A DNA stretch of 46,760 nucleotides from Vitrella brassicaformis CCMP3155 (GCA_001179505.1 CDMY01000588.1:1-46760), one strand, 5' to 3'; numbered from the stretch's first letter, positions 1-12,330 are shown. Numbers and translations are program-made. Notes: generated by a model not told the origin, from the sequence alone.

Positions 1-183
1 GCGCATGCGACTAGCTACTGTCTGCGTGGGGGAGGGAGGGGAGGGTTTGCGGGACTGGGGTGTGCTGATGGGGCGGGGATCGATCCCTCCTCCCCGTGAG
101 CGTTTGACTCTGCGTGCTCATGGGACTGTATGTTTATGAGTATCACGGACACACAGACGAGTGTTACGGTTAATGCAAGTTTC
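1..183. repeat. Dispersed repeat, copy 1 (inverted relative to 46552-46736 and 17524-17580)
   Basis: The reverse complement of 1-183 aligns to 46552-46736 with about 12 differences by hand count. The core CATTAACCGTAACACTCGTCTGTGTGTCCGTGATACTCATA is identical in all three copies. Confidence 0.95.
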
Positions 184-185
184 CT

Positions 186-1215
186 AATAGATTCTGCAGG
201 CAACCTGATCCCAAACTTCCGCGCGGGGATGTATGCGCTGCTCTCATTGGATATCCCTTCACCATCAAGAAGGCGCATTTTGTCACCATCAAGAAGGTAC
301 ATGTCTCCATCAGTGTTGTTAAGCGAAGAAGGCAACTCAAGAGGGAGAAGCCGTGCATCTTCCAGCTTATCCACGGGGACGTAGCCATATGTCGCTGCGA
401 AACAAGACATGTTCACAATTATCAATCGATTGGAGGACGTACCGAAATTCGCGAGTTCGTAGAAATACGCGTCGTGTTCAGTACCCGTCGAGGATCCCAT
501 AGCAAGCAGCAGAAAAGAGATAGAAATTGTTCTCGCTTTTCTCTCTCTTGTTGGTGGGGTCAAATATCGCGAAATCAAAGCCATCAAGACATTTGCCATT
601 TGATGAAACGGCCGCACCGGGGGACTCAAGCGACCTCTTCCTCCCACAGTACCCGGCCGCACTCTGAATACACAGGAGGACTTCTCAAACCTTCCGACAT
701 CCATTCGCCTGTGGACTTGTGACCGAGACCTGGGTGGACGACTACGATGTGGCGGCCTCTCGGGAGGGGGATGCTACGGAGAGGTGAAAAGGGGCGATCT
801 GGTGCTGTGGGAGCGGTCACGTGCCCCGTTTCGTTCAGAGGCGTGGCCCGATTCTGGCCTGGTTGTCACCCACGTGCGCTTCAGCTGCCTACTACAGCGC
901 CACACAAGCGAGCGATGGTGGCGTCTCATCGACCCACTGCGAGATGAGGGAGTACATCGGCTCTTCTTCGTCCCGCATTCCCTTACACCAGAGCAGCGCC
1001 ACGCCATCAAATCGACCCGCGAGCGACTCTTTTCGTACCTCCGTCGGAAGGATGGGGGTGACGGCAACGATGGCCATGGGGGGGGCGGTGATGGCGGCCG
1101 CGGGCAGCACCAGGGTGCTGGGGTTTAGCCCGGCCCAGCACATCAGGCAGACCCGATGGATGGGGCTGCACCGCACAATGCGGATGAGGAAGGTGGTGTT
1201 GGCGGCGGAAGACAC
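186..1215 (-). pseudogene. Fragmentary gene of unknown function, probably decayed
   Basis: Protein-like segments in several minus frames (MAIVAVTPILPTEVRKESLAGRFDGVALLW; GTEHDAYFYELANFG; YGYVPVDKLEDARLLPLELPSSLNNTDGDMYLLDGDK). I could not join them cleanly, and they run into the terminal repeat. No family recognised. Confidence 0.25.
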
Positions 1216-1591
1216 GCAAGCCGAGACCGACGTGCGGATGGATCAGGCTTGAGCCCGGGACAACATGGGCGCCGCTGCGGAGGATGCAGAGGTGAATATG
1301 ACTGATGGTTAGGAGACGCTAGATGGTTACTCTGCACGTGGGTTGTGTCAGCACAGACGTCGCGAATGTGTGTAGGTCAAAACGCATCCTTAATTCGAAG
1401 AATCTTTCATTCTCGCCTAATATGAGTGTCTACACATGTACGCATACATCGATGGATACACGATTACGGACACACCATGGCCAGCGGATTGATAAAAGGA
1501 TGGGTCGAGACACCAATGGCCGAGGAGGTGGGCATATCCTCGTGCTGAGCCAATCCCACCCCCGTGGAAGGATGGATACAGTCAGGCCTCC

Positions 1592-2935
1592 TCACTCTAT
1601 CGGCTCCCAGAAGCCATCCTCTGAGAAAAACCAATCCCCGCCCCCGTCCGCCTCCCCGTCATCCCGAGCCTCGAAGTCCTTGTCGCCTAGATCGACGCCA
1701 TCCGGCCCGCCCCCCTGGTCGACATCCATCGGATCGTCCTCATCGCCGCCGCCCTCAGCCCTCTCGCCACCCCCCTCCTGCTCGGCGGGCGCTGCTGCAG
1801 GAACGGATGTAGGACACTCTTCTGGCTTCCTCTTCTTCCCCCTCGTGCGGCTGGCCACACACTCCTTATCCGCCCTGTCCTTGGCCTTGGCCTCCTCAGC
1901 GGCCTGCTTCAACGAACGCACCTTCTCCCGCACCCACTCCCTATACTCAACAGCCATCTCAATAGCCCTATCCATATCATCCCTGTCAGCAGATAACACC
2001 GGGAAGTTCTTGTGGAAGACGCGGCCATCGTGAACGAGCTGACACCGAATGTAAACCCTGAAGTCACTCCGACGGGTAGCATACAAGCCCATCCTGTCCG
2101 GCCAGCCGTCATGGTCCTGTACAGAGTCCAGCCGCTTGTCCACCGCATCCCTCGCCTTCTCGGCCTCATCCTGGCTGGCGAATACGTAATCTGACATGTC
2201 CGCATCGGTCCAGCCTATGCGCCTCCGAATATCGTTCCTCCAAGCGACGGCCTCCTGAATGGCCTCCTTGACTCCCTCCTCGGTGGCCGAGAGGATGCGG
2301 AAGTAACGGCGGTGACCAAACATTTTCACCAGAATGTAACACCGCTCTCCGAGACCTTCATACCACAAATTCAGAGGACCATTCTCGCTCGCTCTCCGTT
2401 CCTGAAGTAGATGTGTAGCTCTATCATGACAAAAATTGGTGTCGTCAGGGGTCATCCCTATGCCGAAGATCTTCATCTTGTTGTCCGGCATGTTGCATTT
2501 CTCGAGCTGCTCCGCCCTGCAGTCGTAGGCCTTCTCCAGAATTTCATCAATCACATGAGGGTCAGCTGTTGGCACACGGAAGTAAGTTCTGATCTCCTGG
2601 ATCATGACGCCGATGTGAACCAATCCTTGACGAACCATAACATGCATGTGTCGAACTTGATGCCGCTCGAAACGCTCGTCAAGGCGCTTCTGGATTAATT
2701 CGATGGCGCGTTTCTCGTCTTCAGGCGTCATGGGTGCATGTCTCTCCCTCTCCGCTTTCTCCTCCTGAAGTCCATCAACATGGCCCCGCCAAATGCTGGC
2801 GTTGCCAATGGTGCTGGGCGCCCTTTCAAAGAGCCGAGGGTCACGGGCATCCTCTTCCTTGTGGAGACTGTCGTTGGCAGTAATGTTGGTCCAGCACTCC
2901 GCCGTCTCCTCTCCGTCATCCTCCTCTACACACAT
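1592..2935 (-). CDS. ApiAP2-type protein with two tandem AP2 domains
   Basis: 447-aa ORF. Domain 1: NLWYEGLGERCYILVKMFGHRRYFRILSATEEGVKEAIQEAVAWRNDIR. Domain 2: GLYATRRSDFRVYIRCQLVHDGRVFHKNFPVLSADRDDMDRAIEMAVEYRE. Both fit the AP2 three-strand plus A...A..R helix pattern. Basic KKRK and an acidic tail follow. A probable intron at about 2927-2979 makes the 5' end uncertain. Confidence 0.75.
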   Translation of the reverse strand: MCVEEDDGEETAECWTNITANDSLHKEEDARDPRLFERAPSTIGNASIWRGHVDGLQEEKAERERHAPMTPEDEKRAIELIQKRLDERFERHQVRHMHVMVRQGLVHIGVMIQEIRTYFRVPTADPHVIDEILEKAYDCRAEQLEKCNMPDNKMKIFGIGMTPDDTNFCHDRATHLLQERRASENGPLNLWYEGLGERCYILVKMFGHRRYFRILSATEEGVKEAIQEAVAWRNDIRRRIGWTDADMSDYVFASQDEAEKARDAVDKRLDSVQDHDGWPDRMGLYATRRSDFRVYIRCQLVHDGRVFHKNFPVLSADRDDMDRAIEMAVEYREWVREKVRSLKQAAEEAKAKDRADKECVASRTRGKKRKPEECPTSVPAAAPAEQEGGGERAEGGGDEDDPMDVDQGGGPDGVDLGDKDFEARDDGEADGGGDWFFSEDGFWEPIE

Positions 2936-3089
2936 GCACAGAGATGCTAACCGACCAGGTTATCTCTTTCTCTTCTCACCTGGCAGCTCGGCGTCGTGTG
3001 ACTGAAATCTCTCATTTTCGATGTCCTTTTACGAAATAATGGAATTTACAAAAATGAATAATTAAACTGACAGATGACACACTATTTCT

Positions 3090-4285
3090 TCAGTGTCTGC
3101 GAACCCATTCAATGGCTGCCTTCCTTCGCGCCTCTCCCGAGGGCTGCATGAGGATCCTCACTAAGTCATCAACCACTACCGGAGGGGGCCTGGCTCCTCT
3201 CTTGCGGTTAAAGAAACGCCGGATGTCCTGAATACTACAGGTACCCCTACTGTACATGGCCTCACTGAAAGAAACAAACATAAGACTGTTCAGGTCCATT
3301 TCTCTGTTTCTGCTGTCACTCACAATGCCACAGCATCCCACTTGGAGCTGCATACGCCCCCCAGATGGGTCGTCGGAATGGTGTGCGTCGTCAGCAAGAC
3401 CGTCTCGTTGTGGTGTTTTCTGTTGTTGACCTTGAACGAGCGATAGGTGATGATATCGTGCCACACCTGGTTCTCCATCAAGAGGGAACTCTTCTTATCG
3501 CCCTCGTCCGTGTAGAAGAGCTCCACAACAGGTGGGCAGGCGCTGTCGAGATCACCTTGGTCAAGAGCGACACAAGACATGGCGGGTAGCTTCAGCGACT
3601 TCATCCAAGAAAGAAGGAAGAGAGACGAACGAGCGAGGACAGCCGTGCCAAGGTCCGAGACGTAAAGGTGGCCGAGTGCCGAATTATCGTGGCGAAGCCC
3701 CAATCGACATCGCTCCAGTGCAATGAGGGCTCCCAGGATGTATTTGATGTGGCCACCCAGATGCCTTGTCGTCGGGTGTCGATCCTGTGACTCTCCAGGG
3801 TACCCAATGAGGAAACGTAAACCGGCGAGGACGACCTGCCAGACCCAAACGTAAGAAGTAGACGCGGCACGGGGGTTATACAGTTGCGCGGTGGCCGCCT
3901 TGCGGACAATCGTTCGGAACGTCGCCTCGCACGTGTCCTGAATACTGTCAACACTCAAGTCTGACTTGGCAAGAATGGTTATGGCGAAATGCAACTGCTG
4001 GACAAACACCTTGGCCTCCTCGTCCTTCATCAGACTTTGGTTCTGCGAATTGTACGCGCTGATGAGGGAATACTGAATCAATGTGAGGAGACCGACAGTG
4101 TCGACGGGATAATGGATCTCTGCGCTGTAGATGTCGGAATATTTCTTGACTTCCTTCTCCACCTTCCGCGCCCTCTCCTCCTTGCCGCGCCGAATGCGTC
4201 TCGGGTTGTTGGGCTGAGGCGGGGGGTTGTTGAACGGCCGCGGCTCGTGGAACCCACTGCGGTTCCTCGTGTACACCCCTCCCAT
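3090..4285 (-). CDS. Divergent protein-kinase-fold protein (probable pseudokinase), 2 exons
   Basis: A 38-nt GT-AG intron (3286-3323) joins ORFs 3320-4285 and 3090-3464 in frame. Motifs occur in kinase order: KYILGALIALERCRLGLRHDNSALGH (alphaE/catalytic loop), LYVSDLGTA (DFG-like), SSKWDAVA (alphaF-like), DDLVRILMQPSGEARRKAA (subdomains X-XI). Confidence 0.5.
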
Positions 4286-4745
4286 TCCAAACGAGCCCGC
4301 TCGGTAGGTTGGATGTAAATGATGACCATCGTGGCAAACAAGAAATCATTCGTGTCTGTATGTCTGTATGTCTGTTCAGCCGCGTGGTGGCTAACATGCC
4401 ATGCCCGGTGTGCACGATCCGCGATAATGGCCATTTGGCGGGCACGATGAAGCCCCGGGGCCACGGCCGGACCGGACTGTGGTGCAATTGCATTAACAAC
4501 AACAAGACGACGTGCACCTTCAAGTTGGAGGCCTACCAGTAGATTCACCCATACCTCAGCGGCGGTAAAATCAATTCGTTTTTTCCTCGAAGTCCCAGTT
4601 TTAGAAATTCGGTAAAACCGATGGTTTTTATTCTTTACGAGTAAGAGTTCTTTGCTCTCCAGTAATGAGTCACACATCAATTACTTAATTCGGACAGAAG
4701 GGTCGTTGCCGACAGAGGACGCTTACTTGTTGACAAGAGAATGCA

Positions 4746-4800
4746 ATTTCTACCGAATTTTACAACCGAACAGATTTGGGACAGAGACGTTAATTCAGTT
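4746..4800 (+). repeat. ~55-bp dispersed non-coding element, copy A
   Basis: ATTTCTACCGAATTTTACAACCGAACAGATTTGGGACAGAGACGTTAATTCAGTT, close to 90% identical to 14506-14557. Confidence 0.85.
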
Positions 4801-4966
4801 AACATCGTCAAGCAGACATTCTTACAGAACTACTAGGAGAGCCCTTCTCTTCGTTTGGGGTTCGTCCTTCGTGCGTGTGCATGCTGCCTGTTTGGTGTGT
4901 GCTGTGGACAGAAAAGATCTCCAGTAGCGCCGGAAAGGTAGGCCCGTGTAACCGAACGCGGCGAGA

Positions 4967-6247
4967 ATGGAGCGTTTCCAGAAGACAGTTGCAACGCTGT
5001 CGCTGGTCGCCGTTTCCTGTGCTGTGGGCGTGTTGTTGTCGAAAAAAAGCCGCAAAACATCACTACAGGCGGGACCGTTCAGCAACACAACCATTGTCAC
5101 CGCCTACTTTGAGCTTCCATTCAGCAAACACTCACATGTGAACTCGACGTAGTGATCTTCACCTTTATTATGATCACTACGTCGTTGTTTGCCGTGTCGT
5201 CTGTTTGCTGTTTGTTTTGAATCAGGAGGAATACGATGAGTGGATGCGGCCTATGCTGTCGATTCGGAATGAGATGGTCATCTTTTACGACAGAACAAGT
5301 GTACCCAAGATACGAAGGATGAGGAAGGGGCTGATGGATAAAACCCTGATCATTCAAGAACGCTTCCGAGACTTCTATGTGTGGAGACACCACAATCAAT
5401 TCGTCCGGTCGCACGATCAATTCCTCAACACGAGGTACTTTGGGGGTCTGGTTGACGTGGTTGACTTCGCTTTTCACGTGGTTCGCTTGTCAGCTACTTT
5501 GGCAAAAGGAAGCCACTCGCTACACTACACAGCCCAGAGCTGTACATGATTTGGCATGAGAAAGTCAATCATTTGAAACGAGCGATGGACGAAAACCCTT
5601 TGGCACAGAGTTCTTTCTCTGGATGGACATCGGTGTGTAAGCGGGTATAGAAAGATCCACGCGCTCTACGAACGCCGCTAATGCGTTCGGTGTCTCAGTT
5701 ACTTCCGACGTTTGACGAAGGAGGAAATCGCCATGGACTACTACAGATTTTTCCCTGATCGAGACAAGATCCTGAGGCTTCCTAGGCATAAAGTCTGGTT
5801 GGTCATGGCCAAACCGTTTGCCAAGAGATAAAGGCGGTGCAAAAAACTCCAATGCTTGCCAAGGTATGTCACTAAAGTGAGACACAGCATTCACATGTCA
5901 GGTGTGTGTGCATTGGCAATCAGATTCAAGCCGCATCACTTCTACTTGATGGGCGGTTGGCCGAAATACATACAAACATTGCTCAATGTCCCCTCCTCCC
6001 TTCTCTCCCTCTCTCAGGTTTTATCGGCGGCCACAGGGAAACCCTATACTGGCTCCACTCTGAGTTCTATAAAATGCTCAGGTGGTTCATCAAGACCAAC
6101 CGCTTTATAGGGAAGGACCAGGATGTTTTCAACTCCCTGTGTCTCATACATCCAACAAGATGCCACTTTATCAGGAGGCCAGACAAGTCAAATGACGACA
6201 AGTGGCTCTACGCAAGAGTTGTTCTAAGGAGAGACGTACCACGCTGA
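4967..6247 (+). pseudogene. HtrL/YibB-family glycosyltransferase-like gene, disrupted
   Basis: N-terminal hydrophobic anchor. Spliced motifs TTIVTAYF, SKHSH|EEYDEWM, HSPELYMIWHEK, FFLWMDIG|YFR, GGFIGG, FIGKDQDVFN. A 1-bp frameshift near 5596 (NP/FGTEFFLW) and an in-frame TAA at 5829-5831 break the frame. Confidence 0.75.
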
Positions 6248-6480
6248 AGGATCCCATGTGGACCGCGACAAGTCATTCATCCATGAATGGCGTGATTCCT
6301 TTTGGCGTGACTGTGTGCCGTAAGGCACGGACGCTTTGTCAGACGTACACACTTATCCAAATGCGTGTATCAGTGCCTGACATACTCGATCAACGGATGC
6401 GCGCGAAGAAATCGACGCGTTTGAATACCACACAATGATCGATGAGGCCATATAGTGCGGACGCATGGTCGGGACCTTTC

Positions 6481-7036
6481 CGTGTGGAGACACCATAAGG
6501 ACTTCGTAAGAGGGCATTGGTCTCTCGTGCCGATTGTGAATGCTGTTTGTCGTGCAGATGACTTTATCTGAAGGCACCTTGTGCAGCGGACCTATCTGTG
6601 TATGCCCCCGTTGCTCGCTTTGTTTGATTGCTCTTGTGCGAGTCCACGACAATGCAAACCATGGCGGCAAACATAGATTCCTTATCCGTGGCTTACATAT
6701 AATGTGTGCGTGTGGCCGTCGAGAAGCCATGCAGATACACGCAAAGCAACCGACTCGTCAGCCGTATGGTCTGTCTATTTGCTTGGTTTGCACGATCGTG
6801 CCAGTCGTATGTTGGCCAATGTGGAGACAATACCCTGCTTGTTTCGTGTGGAGACACCATTGGTCTCTCGTGCCGATTTTGAATGTTGTCTGTCGTGCAG
6901 ATGAATGGCACGTTATGTGTTGACCGGCTTGATTCATGCGGACCCATTTTGTGTATCCCCGTTGGTTACTTCATCTTTGATTGCTCTTGTGCCAGCGAGT
7001 CTACGCAATGCAAGCTGTGAAACAGAAACGTAGACT
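6481..7036. repeat. Diverged direct duplication (about 6481-6680 and about 6845-7036)
   Basis: Shared blocks in the same order: CGTGTGGAGACACCAT, ATTGGTCTCTCGTGCCGATT, GTCGTGCAGATGA, TTTGATTGCTCTTGTGC, CAATGCAA. Confidence 0.85.
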
Positions 7037-7130
7037 CATGAGAAAAAGGCAACTTGCATCCATCCGTCCATCACAAACCAGCCACAACACGCAGTTGTGC
7101 GGTTTGTGATGGATCAGAGCAGTTGATATG

Positions 7131-8380
7131 TCAAGAAGGTTGCACTAGCCTTTGAATGTCATCAGGAACATGTGCCATCATGAGCAGCGCCGACTTGAGC
7201 CCCTCTTGACCACGCACGGTCCTATGCTGCACAGCTGGTGCAGTTTGCCTCCGCTTCGCCGGTGGAGAGAGGCGTCGAGGCAGCTCCTCCGGTGCGCCTG
7301 GCTGCTCCAAGCCATGAGCAAGCGATGAGCGGGTGGCTGATCGCGATAGAGCTTTGCAGGATCTGAGTCCGACGTCGTCGCGCTGTCTGGCCAGTTTTGA
7401 GTCAGCAGGCCGAGTTTCAGGGATCGATTTGCTTCGGAGGTCGCGGGTGATTGAAGCAAGAGCCTGGGACACGCTAACCTGTGCCACCTCTAGAGGTGAG
7501 GCTGTCTCTGTATCCACATCAGCTTGACACTCCAGCAGACTGTCCGAAGACATCAACAGCTGAAACAGGTCCTGAAACGACAACTCGATGTGTGCGATGG
7601 AATCACGGTCTCGAAGGAGAGTCACCTACCTGTGTTTTGGATCTCTTCTGGAGCATCGCTGCTGACTGTTGGGGTCTGAGACGCATAAGCCTCAGGGCCT
7701 CGTCGAGCTGTCTCTCCCACGCCTCCTCCTCGCCCTGGTGGCCACTTACATCACTGTGCACCAAATTGTAGGGCATCAGCCTGGACGGAAGACCTGGAGC
7801 AGCCTCGTTTTAGACATGCTTTTGACATGAGTTCTTTTCCGCGGTGGCTGGCTCGTGTCCACCCACCTGCTGGTGCTTTGGCTGCAGGCTGGCTTTTGCT
7901 ATCGGCTGCAGCGGCTGTGTCCGTCTCTCTTTTTTTCAGCTTTCTACGCAGCTTGGACGCCAGAAACTGACAGTAAATGTTTGGGCAATGGGAAGCGTCT
8001 GACGTTTTGTCATGACTTACAATCGTCAATGCATCCCTCAGAATCTCCTTCTTCCTTTCCTCCATCTCTTCATCCGGTTCTTGGTCCTCCGGCGGCCCCC
8101 ACAAAAAAGCGTCCTCTTCCATGTCTCCGTCCACCAATTCCGCAACCCCCTTTCGCCCATTGTCTTGCTCCTCATCCGCAAATATACGTGATTGCTTTAG
8201 AGCAGCGAAGGGCCCATCTGTCAAGGCGGCTCGAAGACGGGTTATGGGTTTGTTGCTTCTGGACGTGGCAGAAGAAGAGGAGCTCTGGCGCTCGACACCA
8301 GCTGCAGGCCCACCATCCCCCGCCCCGCGTGTCCTTATGGCTGGGGGGCCCGTCAGAGACTGGCATCAACAAATGACACC
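7131..8380 (-). CDS. Hypothetical multi-exon protein (acidic/basic low complexity)
   Basis: ORFs 7751-8224 and 7131-7625 with plausible GT-AG introns (for example DALTI|FLASKLRRK). No domain recognised. Confidence 0.35.
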
Positions 8381-9210
8381 GCAGAATGAAGCTGAGAAAG
8401 GTGTCAGTGGCAGTTGAATACCCTTCTCTGTGCTCTGATGTCCAGGAAGCGGCTGAGGCTGCCCAGACAATCAGTCATCCACAGAGACATGACGAGCACA
8501 ACAGGCGGAAACTTGTTACCTTCTACTCCTCCGACGTCTCATTTCTCTCTCAGACGGGATCCCGCTGCGCAGCATCTGTTTTTGCACGAGTGCTTTGAAG
8601 TTCTGGATGCAAGCTCTGTTGCACAGCGACACGCATATTAATGCAGATACTGGTGTCCACGTGTAAGTGTCGTCAGCGGTACCTCAATGAAGAGAGGACG
8701 GTCGGCGTCCCAGTTGGTTTGTTCTTTGTCGATAGCTCGGCTAGTCTGCCGATGAGGGCGCTCTGGTGTCTTCCGATCTGTTTGTTTCGAAAGTCAAGAT
8801 CTATGTCCACATCCATACCGCCTCGTCTGTGAGGTGGAGTTGGACACAACAAATTCGATACAACACGTACGTCTGACTAGAATAAGAGCCGCTCCATACG
8901 AACCTGCGTGCGTAGGGGTTGCGCGTCTGCGGTGACTCATCCTGTCCCTTTCGGCGGCTCCCGCTTTGTTTCATTGCCAGCTCTGGCCGCCGAACACGTG
9001 CCGACGGGAGATTTCCAGTAAAAGTGTAGGTACTGCGTGAACGCACATAGTGGGAGATCCCCAACCAACCAACCCTCCGCCCTGCGCCCATCCTGTCACC
9101 TCGGCCAAAAGTATAGATGCAGTTCGGCGAGGTCGCTGTGCGGCATGTAACGGATACTCTGAGAGGCACGCACTAGGCTTTCCAGTTAGCACATATTGTC
9201 ACACTTTCTC

Positions 9211-12200
9211 TCACCGACTCAACCTCCTTCCAGCGCTGCTGCAGATTGGCAAGCTCAAGCTCGACGCCCTAACGTTGCGAAAGGAGAAGTGATCCTGGGC
9301 GGTCTCCCCTTTTTCAGGTAAGCTCACCCGTTTTGCCAGCTCCTCTGCCCTCCGCTCCCTTTCTCTCTGTTCGGCAGTCTTCCGCTTCTTTCCAAGACGA
9401 GAATGGGAGCTCGCGGGACGCGAAGAGGACTCGTGGGAGGATCTCTCAGGCACAGCTCCTTCGGGTATTCGCAACGTCACTGCTGGAGTTCCTTGGACGC
9501 CCTGAACAGATGGAACAACGAATAGATGGTCCTTTGATCAATAGCGGATGCCCTTCATGTTCGGTACAGCTTTCGCGTATGACGCTCGGCGCTGCGTGAT
9601 CGATGAACGGCGGGGCATCGGAAACGGCTGTCTCTCAGTTTCATCACTTCCACCGTAGTACATCAGAACATCAGAGAACTGGAGGCGTACACAAATTGAG
9701 ACAAGCATCTGAAATGGGCAGGTACTTTTAGACCTCACCTCTCTCAAAGATATCGCCCTTGTTGTGGAGGCAGAGAAAGCACACGAAGACAGACTTTCCA
9801 TGCAGAAGAGTCAGATCTAGCGTTACCCGTTGTCGTTCCTGAAAGGAAAGCAATGTCCAGAAACCTGAGTCACGCGTAAGGGAGCTCACCAATCCAAGAG
9901 GTGGAAGAGCCACGCTGCATCGCTCCGTTCTATGCCCCATCGCTTTGTTGCACGTAGAAACTCACCAATTCGGATCAGCTGCGTCCCTGTGTATGTACGT
10001 GCCAATCACAGGGGCATTTGTCATACGGAGGCCTTAACTTTACCGTCAACGTCCAGTCTCGCGAACGCCGCTGCGATGGAACCAAATCTCAGCTCAATCT
10101 AAGGAGCAAAGAAAAGACTGCCGTGACACCTTTGGTTACCATTCGTGTGAGCCATTTGTGTACCATATGCTTTAGTTCTCGCAAGCTCTTCGCATCTTCT
10201 GGTGTGAGCTTCGGCAGAAACCTGCTTCGTTCAGCCGCCAATGCAAAGAATGCCTCAAACTCAGCACAGGTCACGGACTCGCATCTGTCCTGCATGTGCA
10301 AGACACGTCTGTGAGGAACGATGAACCACTATCAGGCAGACCCGGTCCAGCTCTTCGAAGAGCTTTTCTGCGTCTGAAAGGTTTGACACAACCGCAGGCA
10401 GGTGGTACTGGTCCTATCAGTTACCTAGAGTGAGGCTTTTACCTTCGGGAATCATGTCAAACATCGCGGGGCACCTGAGATTGAAGCAGAGAACATCACT
10501 AGTGTTCAGGTGAACGGAGCTGGAGCTGACCAGGCAACAAGGTCTGCTTGATCTATCCGGCCATCGTCTGGGGCAAACACGCAGGAACAGCCAAATGGCT
10601 TATCTCGATATGTCGCTGGCTTACTGTCTTCATCAATCAGGCGGAATGCCACGTTTGGGTCACGGAACCGTCGAATAACCCTCCTCCTGAACCTCTCGAG
10701 AGTCTGTGAGTCTTTAAACCAGCACGCCACCTTGTGTTGGAGTGTCCACAAGCGCATTACCTTCGTCCAGCGCCTGAAGATCCTCGTCTGCGTGTCTGGA
10801 AGGGCGCTTGTGGTGTGGCAACCAACATGCGAGTGAGTTATAGAAATCGACAAACTCTCGCTCTCTCACAAAGCCAAAGGGATACTGGTCAAGCAGCTCG
10901 AACACTCGGAACCCCAGAGACACGGAGAGGCGCAGCTGGGATACGACGTTGGGCAACATTGCTGCTCTATGTGATTGATGTATTCATCTTACCTGGAGAT
11001 TGGTAAGTAAGGCCAAAAAATCGTCTGAGATTGGTGCCAAGCGAGGAGCGAAGTGTGTGCACACTCAACGCGGAGAAAAGATGTGACGGTACCTGAATTG
11101 ATGATGCCGTCACTATCGCCATCGGCATCTGATGAAAGAGTTGGATGCATCCATCATGTGTTCCGCATGAGCTTTGTCCGGCCGACGTTTAAAAGCAGCG
11201 GCGAGCGAGCCATACTTATCAATCATCGACCTGGAAGGAAGTGGGCCAATTCACAATGTCAGATAGTATCCTTCGAGTTCCTACTCGTGGATGTCGCAGC
11301 AAGCCTGACGAACTGCAAGGACACAACATATGCTTATTTCTGTCCAGAAGTACTGACGTAGTCGGTGAGCTCACGTTTGGCGATGTCCTTAAAAGGCTCA
11401 TCGTCCCCTCCATCCGCGCTGGCTGATGCAACATGCATCGACTCGTCAGCTGCTTCGGATCTGGCAATGGATAAACAAATGAATTGGAGCGACGTAGGAA
11501 GGGCATGAACACGCGCAGACCGTGCACGGGATGGTGTGCCTCGCTTGGTAAGCTGCATCAGATCATCCTGCAGCAGACCCTCCAGGTCATCACCAGGAAT
11601 GTGACACCTGCAGAAAAAGCGTGTCTTGCTTACGTAGAGACAAACTACACTCGGGCATACCTTACGAACACCACGGCCATCTCGTAGATATATGCAGCGG
11701 ATGCCGTGTCAAGAAGAAACTCCAGCTCGCCACCCATTACGCGAAATGAAGCCACCACACTGCGACACTAAGAGTGAAGAACAAGAATATTAGGCAGTAT
11801 TGTGCGCAGATATCAACAATTAATCCTACCCAGTCCCTTCTTAGTTGCCTGTTGGCGAACTGGTCAAGCATGTACGACCGTGGATCTGTCGTGTCTTCAT
11901 TCATCTCCTCCATCAGGTCAGGCGCTTTGAGGCTCGCCTCTAGGTGAGCAAGCGCCTTGACTGCGTGGTGTAAGGCCTCAGCGTGCCTGTGAAGACAGTC
12001 GGCATTGTGTTGGATTCACCGACGCTGGCATATTCCTACTGACCTCTTCATCTGTGAGAGCACAGCTGACAAATTTGTCCGCGTGTGAGCCAAAAGCAGG
12101 CATACTCCAGACCAGCTGTCCCGAGCGTCCCTGTCCGGCGTGACGATGATCTTGTCTGCTTGCTCATGAGGTTTGCGAGGTCCCTCCTCATTCTTTGTTT

Positions 12201-12330
12201 CAGCCCACTGATAATGGCGATTCACTGCAGCATCATGTAGAAGCTGCAGAAAAGGCGCAGGAAGCACAACTTGAACTGCTGCTCCGGATTGACAATGAAT
12301 GTCATGCAGGTACAACTTGCTCAAGGGGTC
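9211..12330 (-). pseudogene. Multi-EF-hand protein gene, partly decayed; may extend upstream to about 13490
   Basis: Removing canonical introns (10568-10624, 10099-10139, 9987-10043, 9839-9889 and others) gives EF loops DEDNDGRIDQAD, DRDRCESVTCAE, DVDGTQLIRIGE and DWNDNG. Further loop-like segments DQYPFGFVRERE and DGDSDGIINS, and repeated helices KYGSLAAAF / RFGSIAAAF. Lesions: TAA 9823-9825, in-frame TGA 9538-9540, frame changes near 11030-11180. Confidence 0.65.

Noticed and set aside
4605-4760. 10-bp inverted repeat AAATTCGGTA / TACCGAATTT as MITE ends
   Set aside because: Too short in AT-rich DNA, no TSD, and no partner beside the 14.5-kb copy.
9540-9620. AP2-like start AKAVPNMKGIRY*SKDHLFVV
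   Set aside because: Only the first strand resembles AP2, the closing helix motif is missing, and the segment contains a stop.
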